Assembly: GCA_951406725.2 (NCBI GenBank)
Contig: OX597818.1
Coordinates: 103,478,001-103,542,000 of the forward strand
DNA: 64,000 nucleotides
Direction: 5' to 3'
DNA from: Octopus vulgaris
Lineage: Eukaryota
In this document: positions 12,964 to 27,799 of the stretch, in pieces
Numbering within the stretch: the stretch's first letter is position 1
Layout: every line of letters begins with the position of its first letter
Program-made: the position numbers and the translations under genes
The notes under the pieces: model-generated
What the model was told of the DNA's origin: nothing
What the model saw: the letters and a program-made list of their open reading frames with translations, nothing else
The model's database searches: none

Positions 12964-14032
12964 TCTCTTATTATAAAAGGCAGATTTTATCTGCCTCCCT
13001 TTGTAAGTTATAGAAATCTACAATATAGGATTTCTTCAATTACAATTTACCTAGCATTTTTAAGAGTAGAATGCATCGGGTCATGCCAGGTCCAGTTTTT
13101 AAAATTTAAACTCCAATTAAGCAAAATTTACAGAAAACTCACATTCTGGTGTGTATGTCAAATGCTTTTCTTAGTCTGGTTTACAGCACAGGCAAACGCA
13201 CACACACTGTGTGCAACGAATAAAGTGAAACTAGATGTAATATTTGTTTCTGTCTATCACGCTGATAGATACACGAGTAAAATGTATGGGAAGCTAACAG
13301 ATAAGAGTGAGTGAAAATGTTCTTGGAAGAGAGTAAATTAGCGACAGAGTGATTTGAGGAAGACTAAACTGAAAGTATGAAACAGTGTTTATGTATAAAC
13401 AGACGACACTTATATAAACCCTTTCGTTATCAAACCGCCCGAATTTACCTATTCATATTTAAATGAGAATATCAGAGTAAATCTATTTAGTACATTCGTG
13501 AAAACACGTATTATACTTCGTAAACACTTCAAATACAGTTTTGTACAAAAATCGAAGTGTAATTTTAATTCCGTGAATTATGGGAGATTTTTTTCCGAAA
13601 TTTGTTCCTATTGTGTTTTCAAAATTTGTAATTCTGACAAAAAATGGATACGAATTTCATTATATCAAGCAGCGAGTCAGAATTCGAAGGATTTTCTACT
13701 GAAGACCTTCATAAATCTAACTCTATGACTGAAAAAAAAAGCATCTTTAAGAGTGAAGTTGTGTGTCTGTCCCCTTCGATTTAGATTCGTAACTACTCCC
13801 ACATTTTGCGGTGCAGTTTAACCAAAAGCGGGTATCTTATAGTCGTGATTCATATCGAGCCCTTCTGGGTATTAGCGCGCGTCTACGATGAGTCTACGAT
13901 TTTAAAAAATTTACCATCATATGTTTCCATTTTAATGCATTTTTTCGCTTTTATATAAGGGAAGTAACTCTCTAAAAATGCTTATATAGTTATTTCCCTT
14001 ACAACCGGAGCAACGCCGGGCGATACTGCTAG
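12964..14032 (+). mobile_element. Non-autonomous Helitron, both termini intact
   Basis: A|TC...CTAG|T boundaries with no TSD. GC hairpin CCGGAGCAACGCCGG at 14005-14019, about 10 nt before the terminal CTAG. Confidence 0.85.
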
Positions 14033-14827
14033 TCTGTAGTTATTTCAAACTGTTTATATATTTTAGTATTTTTCTCTTTCAATATTTGAAGTAGCATAAA
14101 TCAATGCTAATTAAGATGGTGGCATCAGCTGTAACTGTAACATAAACACACACGTTACCTACTGGGGCTCAAAGTGAACGAAATGAATTTTATTAAGATG
14201 AATCAATGCACAAATCACATATATAAACTGTAGATAGAAATGGTTGTATACTATATAGAAAAAATACTTTTTGAAGAAATATGATTCGAAAAAATAAATA
14301 GTACAACGAGTAACGTCATGACAAAACCAACCAAATTTTCTTCTTTGGAAATATTGTAGCTCAGGAGAAGCGAATGATGTTAATCGGATTAAAGAAATTG
14401 AACTGCGAGGACGAGATATGTTAGAAAATTTAGTGTGTTTTTGTCCAATATATTTATTCTATAATGGATTATAATCTACCTGTATAAAAGAAATATGTAT
14501 CATTTGGGGAATTTGAGGATTATCTTAATCTCTTGCCAGATGCAGTAAACGTTTACTAGAACCTTACCGATGAGGTCGAAGAAATAGACGGAATGCTCGT
14601 AGCGTAGTACATTCATTTTCGTCAATACGCCATTAGCACAACAAATCTGCATATCTAGCGTATAGAGTTCTGAAACAGGAACACCAAATACATTCAGTCA
14701 TAAGAAAACAGCGGCAAATCTTCACAGGCACATATAGAATAGACACACCAAGACATGAGAATTACTCCGAGCATCAAGCAAAGTTACGAGTGAACAGCAA
14801 TTATATAATACAGCTCTATGTGGAATT

Positions 14828-15001
14828 ATGTACATTATTTACATAATTTACACTATTTACATTTCACGGATATTTGTCCTCAGCTTGTTTGTAGTTAACA
14901 CAACGTTTAGGCTGATATACCCTCCAGCCATGTGGTGTAGTGATTCAGAGCGCAGCCTACTAACATCAAGATTCCGATTTGGATTCCAAGCAGCGATCTG
15001 C

Positions 15002-15066
<65 letters not shown>

Positions 15067-15259
15067 TTGGTTTAATGGCCACCCAGGTACGAAATTTCCC
15101 CAAGACATCTGATAAAGGCTGGAGTGTATTTCAGCGGAAACGTCGTGTTAACAACAAACAAGATGAGGATAAATGTAAAATAATGTTAATAACAACCACA
15201 ACAACAACAACAACAACAATAATAATAATAATGATAATAATAATAACAACAACAACAAC

Positions 15260-15327
<68 letters not shown>

Positions 15328-15478
15328 TAATAATAGTAACATCGAAAAGTACCTTAGGAATGGGAACCCAGGTACGAAATTTCCCCAAGACATCTGATGA
15401 AGGCTGGAGGGTATATCAACCGAAACGTGTTAACAACAAACAAGATGAGGATAAATGTAAATAATGTAAATAATGTTG
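14828..15478. mobile_element. Penelope-like pseudo-LTR cluster: one minus copy (about 14830-14930) and two plus copies (about 15075-15185, 15340-15478) among (AAT)n
   Basis: Repeated unit GAAATTTCCCCAAGACATCTGATGAAGGCTGGAGGGTATATCAGCCGAAACG..GTGTTAACAACAAACAAGATGAGGA carries a hammerhead core. Tandem plus inverted arrangement is typical of PLEs. Confidence 0.7.
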
Positions 15479-15780
15479 CAATTACATTAACATCTGATGC
15501 ACAACCATCCACACTAAGGAGATACAAAGCAACAAGCCTGAGGAGGACAGTTGCATCAGAGACTATGAAACCAAGGTAAGATACTAAGTGAATAATGATA
15601 GAAAGTTATTAACGAATGGCATAGCAATTTATCAGACTTATCACATCAATATTCTCCTAGTTCATGGGACGGCTCTACATTGAACAGCAAATATGCAAAT
15701 ATTGACTGCCAAACTAGGGGATGTTCCCTGCTCACTGACTCACACTGCTGTGAGGGGAATTCATCGAATCACAACGTGTT

Positions 15781-15848
15781 GGTTATCAGAGGATATGGGT
15801 TATCAGAGGATATGAGTTATCAGAGGATATAGGTTATCAGAGGATTTG
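15781..15848. repeat. 17-bp minisatellite x4 (GGTTATCAGAGGATATG)
   Basis: Direct. Confidence 0.95.
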
Positions 15849-16186
15849 GGTGTGAGACGCGTGTCTGCCAAGTTTGGGCCAAAACGGCTTTCAGCTGACC
15901 AAAATAGTCAGGTTTCATTTGCTCATGATCTTTTTAAGTGTGTCGAGAACGATATAAAACTTCTTGAAAACTTTGCGTAGGCCTCTGAACAGGTATCGCC
16001 AAGCTTATGGCAAAATTTGATGCAGATTCTCTGTTCAGCATTAGCTGTCATGACCAATGTGACGATCACACACGACAAAGATTCCTACTAAGCACTCTGT
16101 AAACAGCGGAAGTGAGCTAGAACGTTAAAACTATGCGTTTGCTTCGTTACTATGGCTACAGTCCGGCTACTCATTAATGAGACCAC

Positions 16187-16189
<3 letters not shown>
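15781..16189 (+). mobile_element. Mariner transposon fragment (3' TIR retained)
   Basis: SEDLGVRRVSAKFGPKRLSADQ corresponds to the WVPHEL linker region. Ends CAGTCCGGCTACTCATTAATGAGACCACG-TA. Confidence 0.7.
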
Positions 16190-16260
<71 letters not shown>

Positions 16261-16440
16261 GCATGTATGTATGTATGTATGTATGTATGTATGTATGTAT
16301 GTATGTATATATGTATATATTTGTGTGTACTTGTGTATTTGTGTATGTGTGTGTGTATGTATGTATGTATGTATGTATGTATGTATACATATCCATATGT
16401 CTATATATATGTATATATGTATGCATGCATGCATGCATAT
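16188..16440. repeat. (TA)n/(TG)n/(TATG)n compound microsatellite
   Basis: Direct. Confidence 0.95.
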
Positions 16441-17795
16441 ATTTACCTCAGGATTTTCTAAAAAGGTTTATCTAATCATAGAATTCGTTGAAGAAAGCCT
16501 GATTCAACCATGAATAATAATGGCAACTGACTTCAATTTAGATCGATTTGCAGACTAAGAATATGGCATTCCAAATATAGACTCGCAAAAGAGAAATAAA
16601 TGACTGTAAAAATATTAACCAAGAATACCGATTTCTTTCTGCTGCTCTCTGTTTTAATCAAATATTAGATTAGCAGATAGTGTGCTAAATGAAGAGAGAG
16701 TGTAAACTGATGTGTGGCTATGCGGTGAAGGTAAACGTTTTACTGAATCGGGAAGTAATTTGCTCCTCGCATTAAATGATACTGAAAGTTAACATTTGTG
16801 CAAGGTTAATGCTTCGAGATTTTATCGATCTGTACATATGAGTGTTACTTCATTTACTGTCCTTGAAATAAGGTAAAATCAAATTTGACGTGATCTGATC
16901 AAAATTTAAAGAACGTAAGTAAATACAGCAAGCTAATTTGCGATGTAATCTATTGACCTGAAGAAATCCTTTAATTCACTGTATTGATTTCTGATTACAA
17001 TATTTAGTTTATGTCTTGAGGATAAAACGCTATGAATCGTCAAAAATTAGGGAATAACTTTTTTGTAGAGAGTGAAGTTACTAACAGGCAGTTCTGAAGA
17101 AAAGGGAGTCAAGAGAGATAAAAACGAAATTGGAATCGATTCAAATTTTCGTGCATGGTCAACCTCTGCAGACACTGAAGAGTTGAATTTAGTGAAAATG
17201 AACTGGAACATTGGGATACAGGAATCAAACTAAAGAGTGAAATTGAGGCTTTCCCACGAGAAACATCCAAGCATTAAGCAGCTGCCAAAATATGTGGATT
17301 TAGGGGCGAACTAATTAATTTCAGAGCCTCAGGGATTATAAAATTATGGTATTTTTATAGGGTTTCAAACTCTAGAAATTATGCTAGAATTATGAAATAT
17401 TATCAAAAATATGTGCAACAATAACTTTCTCACACCATAAGAGGATATCCTCTGGAATATGGTAATCCACGCTAAGTAGAAGATCATAAGTATTCGAGTA
17501 AAGTTCTTTCTGCTTATTATTTGTAATGTGGCATCTAAACCAAAACGCAACGTAGTTTTCTATATTTTACAAGTATCTTATTGTTTTCATTTATATATGC
17601 AACGCAAATTTATAGGTGACTCTCTTATATTAGTGTGTATATGTGTGCATGTGTGTTTGTGTGTGTGTGTGTGATGTTTGTTTACATTATGACATCGTAG
17701 TAGCATTGTAATAGTGTGTAAATATCCTTCCTATCGGTGAAAACCCATATGTATATCGTTATGTATATTAGCACGTAATATATATGTTAAAAGCC

Positions 17796-17841
<46 letters not shown>

Positions 17842-17843
<2 letters not shown>

Positions 17844-17958
17844 ACGTGATCACGTGACCGATCAGTCCATCAGATGTAGTTACACATCGCAGGTCACAAT
17901 ACGTTCGCATTGTTTTAGCCTTCGAATGACGCCACCCCGCTGGCTAAGCGAGCAGGCC
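17842..17958 (-). mobile_element. SINE family C, 3' part
   Basis: Nearly identical to 61740-61850. Confidence 0.8.
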
Positions 17959-17961
17959 ATA

Positions 17962-18013
<52 letters not shown>

Positions 18014-18181
18014 TATGCATGAATGTACGTATGTGTATATACATACATACATACATACATACATACATACATGCATACATACATACATACATACATATAT
18101 ACATGCATACATTCGGGTTAATTTAGTTTGCATAAACGGGAAAGAAAATACAATATCTCATCGAAAACAAAAGTACAGCAT

Positions 18182-18870
18182 TTTACTCAAAGTAGAGACA
18201 CTCAGCTTCCAACACGACCTCAAACCGGCTCTCGAATCTGATGCATGCGTTCATCAATATATCTTTGGGAAGATCTTTGAACACTTACGTAATCACGGCC
18301 ACAGACCAGTTGGTCTTTTTCTTATAACAATCTATAATATTAGAAGTAGGGAAATGAGAAGGTTCGAAATTGGAGCTGACGCAGTCGTAGAAATTTTCCG
18401 ACAACGACTTCTGACACTTTAATTAAGTATGACAAGGAAGCAAATCCTACTGAAATACATATGGCTTTCCAGCAGCAACTGTCTGCAGCCAAGTTTTGAC
18501 CACAGTCTTCTGAAAGAAGATTTTTTCAGTTGAGAAGAATGAGATCATTGGCAGCTAATCGGTATACCACAGCGTCTTTAGGAGCGTCTTCACTTCAAGA
18601 GATTCTCTGTGGACTTGGCAGTTAGAGTTTATCTATTGCGCCATTTGTACAAGCGGTAATGTTGTTCGTCATTCAGACGCAGCTTCATAAAGGCGAATAA
18701 ATGCACATCTCTCTCGACACAGCCCCTGCTTTCCCTACTCAGATCTTTCATAAATTTTCTACAACTGTTGGACGAACTCTGTTATACGGACGCATTCAAT
18801 ATGCTTGCACTGTTCCTTCCTGCCCACTATGGCTTCGCAGTCTCTAATTCAGCCTTCCATTTTACGTATT
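18182..18870 (-). pseudogene. Degraded Tc1/mariner (DD37D/maT-like) transposase
   Basis: Minus strand reads ...TVAAGKPYVFQ*DLLPCH (compare YVFQQDSAPCH), LSENFYD, and C-terminal VFKDLPKDILMNACIRFESRFEVVLEAECLYFE*. Confidence 0.65.
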
Positions 18871-19419
18871 ACATAAATTATAGTTTTCACAGGGCGTGTT
18901 GTAGCAGTCATGATCTCGTCATTTTGATATCCGGTGCGAATAATTATGATACATGTAACTCTTTCTTCTTGTCAGTCACCCAAAGAATAAGGCTGAGAAG
19001 GTATAAAACACGAACGACATTATCATTAATTCTCAATGAAACCTATGTGAAACAAAATATATTTGTCAGTCTAATAATGATGGATTAAATATTTTAGAAT
19101 TATATGTGTGAGTTGTGTATGTGGGTGTATGTTTGCATTTATGTGTCCGTGTTTTTAAACGGCTGTAATTATTTCTAGGAATTCAACTTAGTGTATGTAA
19201 CAAGTACTAAAATATTAATCGATATCATAAGCTACAAGACGGAATACTGAGGTAAATTTAAATGACAACGAAATTTGACCTATGTGCTATAATTCTACTG
19301 TAGTCTACTGACTGATGTCAGTAAACTAATGAAAGAGAGAAACATCAAATAGATACATGTGTAGGTAGGTAGATATATAGATATAAAAACAGAAAGTTAA
19401 ATAAATAGATACACAGACA

Positions 19420-19447
19420 GACAGACAGAAAGACGGACAGATAGACC

Positions 19448-19523
<76 letters not shown>
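19420..19523. repeat. (GACA)n(GATA)n microsatellite
   Basis: Direct. Confidence 0.95.
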
Positions 19524-19525
<2 letters not shown>

Positions 19526-22500
19526 GAGAATGAGGGAGAGAGAGAGGCTTAAATATAGATATATACAATTAGAGGATAATAGTTATATAAATACATACCT
19601 GTGTTTTCCAATAGAATTCATCCCCAACAGAGTTAACTGTATTCGGAAAGTGTAAGCTAAATTGTTGCTTTACAGTTAAATATTTCGTGCACATCGCATC
19701 CGTATCGGCTATCACTGTAGCAAACTCAAACATTTTAGTAGAAGCCCCGATCCTTGCAACAAAATTCAATTTCATCAACTCGCAATAAAATAAGTTTGTA
19801 TGTGTGTGTGTGTGTGTGTGTGTGAGCGTTTGTGTGTTGTTTGTGTTTGTTTTGTGCGTATGTGTTTTTTTTTTGTATGTGTGTCTGTGTGTGTCTCTAT
19901 ACTACTTCCGCTGTAGAAACGAACTGCTATCAGCAGGTATTAAAAGAATTTAAGAATCTTAACTTTTGATACAAAGGGGCGTCAAAGGTCTTGTGTAAAA
20001 TATGTTTTATTGTGGAATATTAAATATATAGAAACAAAGAATTACTTGAAACAGAACCAAAAGCTAACGAACAATAGAACGCTGTGCACTGACACATGCG
20101 GCGATTATCAGTGCAATGGAACATATCACGCTCAAATATAGTTTCAATCTTGATTTTTATAATAAAAGACTGAATATTGAAAGAGCTGTGTAATTACATG
20201 TCTTAGAAGAGTCTGAAATATATAGAAGTATAGAAGGATAAAGAGAACAAGAGTTATGTAGAACAGAATGTGTAAATATCAGGTGCAGGAGAGATATAGT
20301 TTTTAGTTTCTTCCATATTTATATGTTTGGTTTCAATTTTGTTTCATATTTATGTTGGCGCACGCAGTTGGAAACTCTTTTATCAGTAAAGAATGAGATA
20401 TGTAAAAACAAAATACATATAACAAATAATAAATATATAAAAGTAAATGATGTAAAGAAAAACGACCAATAATTGAAAATATCAAAGATTTTGAAATAAA
20501 TCTAGAGAAATAATTAGAATGCCAAATTTTATGCCAATGAAAACAGAAAATGAAAGTTTATTGATTTTATTGTAATGCTCAGACATTTTATAATTTTGAT
20601 TACCCTGTAATTTCTACAACTGTTAATGCCGACTACATATAAAGATAAGTCTACTGATCGATTGGTCTGCTATACTTAAAATAACGCTAATATATGCACA
20701 CACACGCACACACACATGTATGTATGTCCTTATATCTGTCTGTACATTTGTTTGTGTCCGTATGTATGTTTGTATGTGTATGTATAAATATAAATGTAAA
20801 TGAAATAATATACATGTATATTTCTGTATGTAAACACAAGTCAATATATACATATATTCATAAATATATATATGTATAAAAACATACATATAAGTATATA
20901 TAAATATGTGTTATATATATATATATATATATATATATCAAGCACAATCTCATCCGCACATTCATTTGTACATAAGCAGTGAAATGTTAGTTTATCTAAA
21001 TGAGGTATTATATAATTGAGATTGGAGCTTATGCAAAATATATTGGTGCAAACATTCTACGTATCTATGCTTCCAATAAGAGCGTAGATATTTCGATGGA
21101 TGCAGTTAAAATGAAATTATTTACTCATTTAGCCACACAATATCGAGAAATGGATGACGTTACGACTTGCTGGGTGGGAAAAACTACTAGGCACTGATGG
21201 AAGAATGAAACTTTGAAATAGAAATGATATCAGTCCACGAGAGGTTGTGTAAAACATAATGAGCTAGCTATAATATGAAAATGTAATAAATATAATTAAA
21301 ATATAATGAAATAGAAGAGTTAGATACATGTCACAACGACTAAAGACTTTGGTGCACTTGGAAGAAGGTACTACATTTTTATTTAAGCGTACTCATCGAT
21401 ATGCTGACTGCCTTGTGTTATGTTCTGATGGCGTTTGGTCAAAAGTGCAAAGGGTATGTTTTCTAGCATTTTCAAATTTATAATTCTCGAAATATCTTGT
21501 TGACAAAGAAAGTGAATTTTTATAAATGTAATCCAGAAACACGTCCATAATTAATCGAAGACTGTTTGATTTCATTATTTTCCTCCTTTTTACCTATGTG
21601 AGTTACAGACATTGTTATCTGTGGAGTCATATTTTGTAGTGAAAAGAAATAACTGTCTTTTGGCTGCTATTTCTAAATTTTCGGTATGTGGTGAAACAAC
21701 TTGTTGCTAAATCCTTAATTATGTTATATATATATATATATATATATATATACGTTTATGAATCTGTGTTACAATGTCTGATGGGAAGCCGTGTGTCGAA
21801 AAAAATATTGTTGTATTTCGAGACGGTCGTTTCTCTTTTGCCAGATAAATACACGCACTGCATGTTTGCTCTTCACTCGTTTATTACTGTTCTTATTCTA
21901 ACTCATATCGGTTTTTCAACAGTCCTTCAAACTGGTTCGGTTCTTGCTTTGGAATTTCTCCCCAAATTGAAACCCCTGATCCAAATTCGTCACAAGCTGA
22001 CTTTTTACTTCTTGGTAAGCTTCACGTGAGAATTTTCTTCAAACAAGCATCCTGCATATGTGTTCCTATATGGCACTACTTTGATCTATGTCAGACAGCT
22101 TTGGAAAGATATCTTGAAGTTGGCTAAATGCTGCAGTTTCCAAAAATTGCTTTCATAAGATTTAACAATAATGTGTAGTGATGGATCTCATACAGGTCCT
22201 GTTAATCATATCATGCAGGCCTATTGTTGACCTATACTTAACTTTGTTCGTATTCAGTTTTAACCCGTTCTACGCTGACCAGAACTCTCTTTAGAAGTGA
22301 ATTGCATTCTGCCTGTTTTCTAAAGGCAATTATAATAGGAAAAGGTAAGGAAATCTGCCTTAAATACCCATCAGAAATGTCATCAGTGTGATGTCTCTGA
22401 TAGCTTCTCAGCTATATTCTTCATAATGCAATGTAATTTGCAGAAGCAAATATTTTCAGCGGATATTCTCAGAAACAGCACTACTGTATATGGTTCCTGA

Positions 22501-22582
22501 AAGAGCTGCCATTCTGGAAATTCTAATTATTTGCTTTATGGACAGTTGTTTTTGTTTGTCTAAAATAGAATGGTGAGTAATA

Positions 22583-22800
22583 TGCGGCGAGCTGGCAGAA
22601 TCATTAGCATGCCGGGCAAAATGTATATAGGTATCTTTCGTACTTTTTAAAGAGCTGAGTTCAAAATTTCACCGTTGTCGAAGTTGCCTTTCACCATTTC
22701 AGGGTCAATAAAATAATTACCTGTTGAGAATTGTGGCCGATATAATCGACGTACTCCCTTTCTCCAAATTGCAGGCACTGTGCCAAAATGTGTAAACATA
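22583..22800 (+). mobile_element. SINE family B, degraded
   Basis: GCGGCGAGCTGGCAGAATC head and TTGCCTTTCACCATTTCAGGGTCAATAAAATAATTACC body. Confidence 0.7.
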
Positions 22801-24398
22801 ATTTGGCAGAGGCAAAACCCATCTTAATACGGTGGAAATCAATATCTGATGTTGCTTCATTTTTATGACTTAAATTGAAGCAGCTAAACAGTTCATTTGC
22901 TTCAATACGAGGTCAATAACTCAGCATGGATCTGGACTACCTGGTACTAGAATTTATGATGATTTTGTTTTGGGGTATTTGCAATCAGATAAGTATAGTT
23001 TTCCACACTGAATTGCCTGTGTGTATTTGCAACATGTTTGTTTAATCCTTCATGGAGACTGGGTTTTCTTTGTAGTAGTGTGGGTAAGGTTTACATAGGG
23101 CAATATAACATCGAGGCCCTGGATCATGGAAGAACAGATTCAGTTAGCAGATGCATTCTTGTTAACCCTGACTGAGAAAAGTTGCTCCATGTATCAATAT
23201 CAATTAACTGAGCAGTTAATGGATATCGGGCATAATTATTGAGATAACTCTATTTATAGCCCTCTTCCTTTTTGTACAATTCAAAACAAGAGCAAAATGC
23301 AAGTGTTATTAAGCCAACCAAAATATATTTTAATCTTGAATAAAATATAAGTTACAGGAAAATGTTTTATATTTTAAATATGTTTCTATTAAATCAGAAT
23401 TTAAAGAAAATTTATTATAAAATTTCTGAAATTAATTTATGATATAAACTTTCACCAGACAAACAATTGCTGTATTCTCATATATAGAGATATTTTGTAG
23501 TTTTGTATTAATCGCAGGTAAAATAGTTTCAACTCATACATTTTAGAGGACACTACAAGAAAGAAATATTTTCTTCCTAATTTGATACATTGGCTGCTGA
23601 CACAGGAATATATCTGTTCTAGACTTTTGCAACTCTGAGTTATACACCGCTTGAGGTTTATTATTTTTCATCTCATATATACTTGGATTCGTACTCATAT
23701 ACATACTCATATACGTAATTGCATAAATACATCAATACATATATTTATAATCTCCCAGAAGAGTGTAGCACTTTTGCTCAACTTTTGATAAAATAACATT
23801 AAGATTATATCTTTCTTTTTGATGTTAAGTAAATCTTAGGATACTGTTACGAAGAAGTATTCAATTCATGTCGATATTTAGTTTATTTCTAAAGCTTTGA
23901 AACCTGATAGAGTACGATTGAGAGAATGAGATAGCTGGAGGTGTGGTGACGTGAAAGTGTCTGGTCAATATTATTACCCTTCCTTACTTCTCTCTGTAGT
24001 TTCCTTTCCTTTTTACCCTGCCAACTCTCCGATACATGTGTTAACCCTTACAGGTTTCGTTTACATCTTAGCCTTTTATGGCTCCCACTTATATTCACTA
24101 TTATTTTCCTTGTCTCTTATTCCATCCGTGTATTCTATCTCTCACTTTAATTATTGGTACCTTGATCTCCCCTCATTTTCACTTCGAAGGTTTGCCGATT
24201 TAATTAATTTCACATGAAAGTTTAAGATTAGATGCATTCACACATACACACACAGACACACACGTACACGCTTGCGTCTGCATGTAAATGTTGTAGAGAT
24301 AATATACCTACCTATTTTCTTACATACCTACCTACATAACTACCTGCCTACATGTATACATATACACACATATATATATATATATTTATATTTATATA

Positions 24399-24441
<43 letters not shown>

Positions 24442-25874
24442 ATATACATGCACACATATACATGTATATTTACATAAATATATATACATATATATATATG
24501 CATATACATACATAAATATGTGTATATATATATACATATATATGTATATATATATATATACACACACACACGTATATACTTTTGAAGTGTAGTAGGGATA
24601 GTTATTTATATAACACATATTAGAAACCATAAAGGGTTGAGAGAATGCATTGAGTGAAGAGAGATATTAGTTGAAAGGGAGACTTAAATGAATCGTCTGC
24701 TGTACAACGGTTTCGCGCTTAGTTTGATTTTTAAGATAAACGAGAGGAGTTATTGCAAATGAGAAGCTGACACGATGAGTGAGAAAGAGAGGCCTGCCAA
24801 ATATAGAACGAATACGTTAAAATTAAAGTGAGAGAGGAAAATAAGTGTAGAAAAGTGAAGTATAATGATTGAAAAAATAAAATAATTGCAGTAATTACAA
24901 AAAATACATTAGAGAGAATAAAGGAAATGGGAGAAAGTAAGAGGTAAGATTTGTATAGAAGATTGCGTGATAAGAGTTCTCAATAGAATCACACGGGCAC
25001 CAACGCTAAATGTCGATCCAGTCATAACAGAGTTTAACCACTTCTAAAAAGATTACAGTACAAGATAATTGATCTAAGGAAACTGAAAATAGATATAATG
25101 CTGATAGTTTCGATAGGAGCTACAAATGTAACGTGAACGAAATGTTGAAATGTTAAATTATTATGTTGATAACATTCATAGGTAGTCATTGAAACTGTAT
25201 CAACCGCAGAAATCATATTGTCATCGCAACAATTATTTAACTTTGATGTCTTGTTTATTATTGTTTTTTTTCTACACAAATAAATTTCGACATTAAAACC
25301 ATATCATTTTCTCCAATTTCATAACTGTATTTAGTTTTATTAGATATGAAAACAGAGTAATTTACCAAATAGTATGGCCATTTGCTCAATCAAAATGTGT
25401 TCTTTTATTAAAACAACACAGGAACTATGTTTATTATGATATTAACAATGACAACATTCATGATTTTGATGTGTGCCCGCCTTTGTTTCAATAAAAAATA
25501 TAGAAATTGATACAGAAGTGAAAGCTTAACTTTCCAGCATAGGTCAAATTACATTTTAAGCCGTACGCTGTCATGTTTCACTTAATGACTACTTTAATAT
25601 ATAAAGAAAGTCTCGGAAATGACAAACGAAACACCTCGCAAATCTCGCACAGTTGTCTTTAAAAACGACGCATTGTATGATGTGGTCTGCATTAGGGCCT
25701 TCCCTTATCTTTAATACCTAAATACAAATTAAAACGGAAAGAAGAGAAAACCGGTGCACATTGTCTAAACAGGAAACTTTTTACTGAAAGACAGAGTCAA
25801 TCAAGTTTATTCTGCAGTTAAACAACATTGCATTTTATCATATATTTCCTTTATGTATACTATAAATACATGTT

Positions 25875-25934
<60 letters not shown>

Positions 25935-25937
<3 letters not shown>

Positions 25938-26306
25938 CCGTAATGAGATAAAAATCCAAGGCTGTGTAGATTTTAGAACATTTATAAATAAAAGCTGTTT
26001 CTAGGACATTTGTTATAGCCCTCCATCGGAGATGGTGTGAGAAGATGAAGGGATGGGATATAATAAATATCCTAGAAACAGCTGTAAGACCTCATATTTA
26101 CAAATGTTCTAAAACCTACACAGCTTTGTTTTTTTTATCGCATTGCGGAAATGTTCCTTTTTACATACACACGGTGATATATGACCTATGTTGGATCCCT
26201 TATTCGCATAATCACCGAACCTGGAACAAAACTCTGGTCTATCCATACCACTTATTCAGCATAATCTGACACATTTGGCGTCTCACTGACACCATTATCT
26301 CTCATT
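25935..26306. mobile_element. Penelope-like pLTR with inverted 5' duplication and a hammerhead-like motif
   Basis: 25938-26042 is the inverted complement of about 26045-26150. GGATAT-loop-ATATCCT-AGAAACAGCTGTAAGAC at about 26056-26090. Homologous to 38229-38565. Confidence 0.65.
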
Positions 26307-26307
26307 A

Positions 26308-26393
<86 letters not shown>

Positions 26394-26439
26394 TACATAT
26401 GTATGTATATATAGTATATGTATGTGTGTCTGTGTTTTG

Positions 26440-26479
<40 letters not shown>

Positions 26480-26483
<4 letters not shown>

Positions 26484-26694
26484 ACGTTAGCACGCCGGGT
26501 GAAATGCGTAGCCGTATTTCGTCTGTCGTTACGTTCCAAGTTCAAATTCCGCCGAGGTCGACTTTGCCTTTCATCCTTTCGGGGTCGATAAATTAAGTAC
26601 CAGTTACGCACTGGGGTCGATATAATCGACTTAATCCGTTTGTCTGTCCTTGTTTGTCCCCTCTGTGTTTAGCCGCTTGTGGGTAGTAAAGAAA
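26480..26694 (+). mobile_element. SINE family B, young copy
   Basis: High identity to 632-853. Confidence 0.9.
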
Positions 26695-27799
26695 TATATA
26701 TATATATAGAAATGTACGTGTGTGTGTATGTTTGTGAGTATCTGTATGCGTGTGATTGTGCGTGTGTGTGTGTGCGTGTGTTTCTTATCTACTACACCTG
26801 TTTATTATCACATACAGAATTGGCAAAATTTCAATCTGAAACTTTGCATCACTAAACTATACTTTAAATTATCACACTACATTCAGCATTCGAAGATATT
26901 AGCGTATGTCGCTTTTTGCAAATTTAGTTAATCGGAAATAATATGAAAACCTCGTACACGTTTTAAAGAGAAAAAAAAAATAGCAGTATGGATTGAACGT
27001 ACTACTGGCGGCGCAAATCAATATCTGAATACATAGCTTTGCATAACATTAAATTTGCTCATGCTAATATGCTATTAAATTAATTTTGCTACATATTCCG
27101 TCCCAAACATTGAGAAATATCTCTAACGAAGACATTTAATATTCGTTAACTCACACACTTAAATGCTTAATAGAAGCTACTCACCTGATGAGAATAAAAA
27201 AAGGACCCATCGATTTTTAAAGCTTATTTTCGACTAGCAAGTGTGGATAACTATCTCACACTAATGCGATGCATTTCTTTTTATGAGAATGTTAGTATGT
27301 GAATACTTGATTATATATGAAAACTATAGAATCATGTAACATATCCAGAAAAATCGAATTTCTAAAGAAATCTTCGTTTTCTAAATCCTTGATTTCATTG
27401 ATGGTAAGCATTCAGGAAAGAAAAAAAAGACATACTGAAACGATTGATTTTTTTTTATATCATTGATTTCCTTTCAAAGGTCATGTAACAAGAGTCTGAA
27501 AGGAATTGAGATAGAGTAAACAAAAGTGGAGACGCCTACTTGTGGAATGGCAAATTATAAATGCCATGTAATTGACTCGCCTCAACCTAAACGGATTATG
27601 ACACACCACTTGAAGTATCATTTTTAACAGCACAATTATCGTTTTTCGTTATTTATTTATTGTTTTTCTTTTTTGTATAAAATTATTATACTTACTCCAT
27701 TGTGCTATTGTTAAGTCAAGCAGGATGAATGCAGTGTATCATATTTCCATTCACTTCAGTCATACGAAGATATCAGTGAGGTAGCATAACAAAAGCTAT

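Noticed and set aside
15781-15848. Regular short repeats resembling a CRISPR array
   Set aside because: No spacers, no cas genes, and a eukaryotic context.
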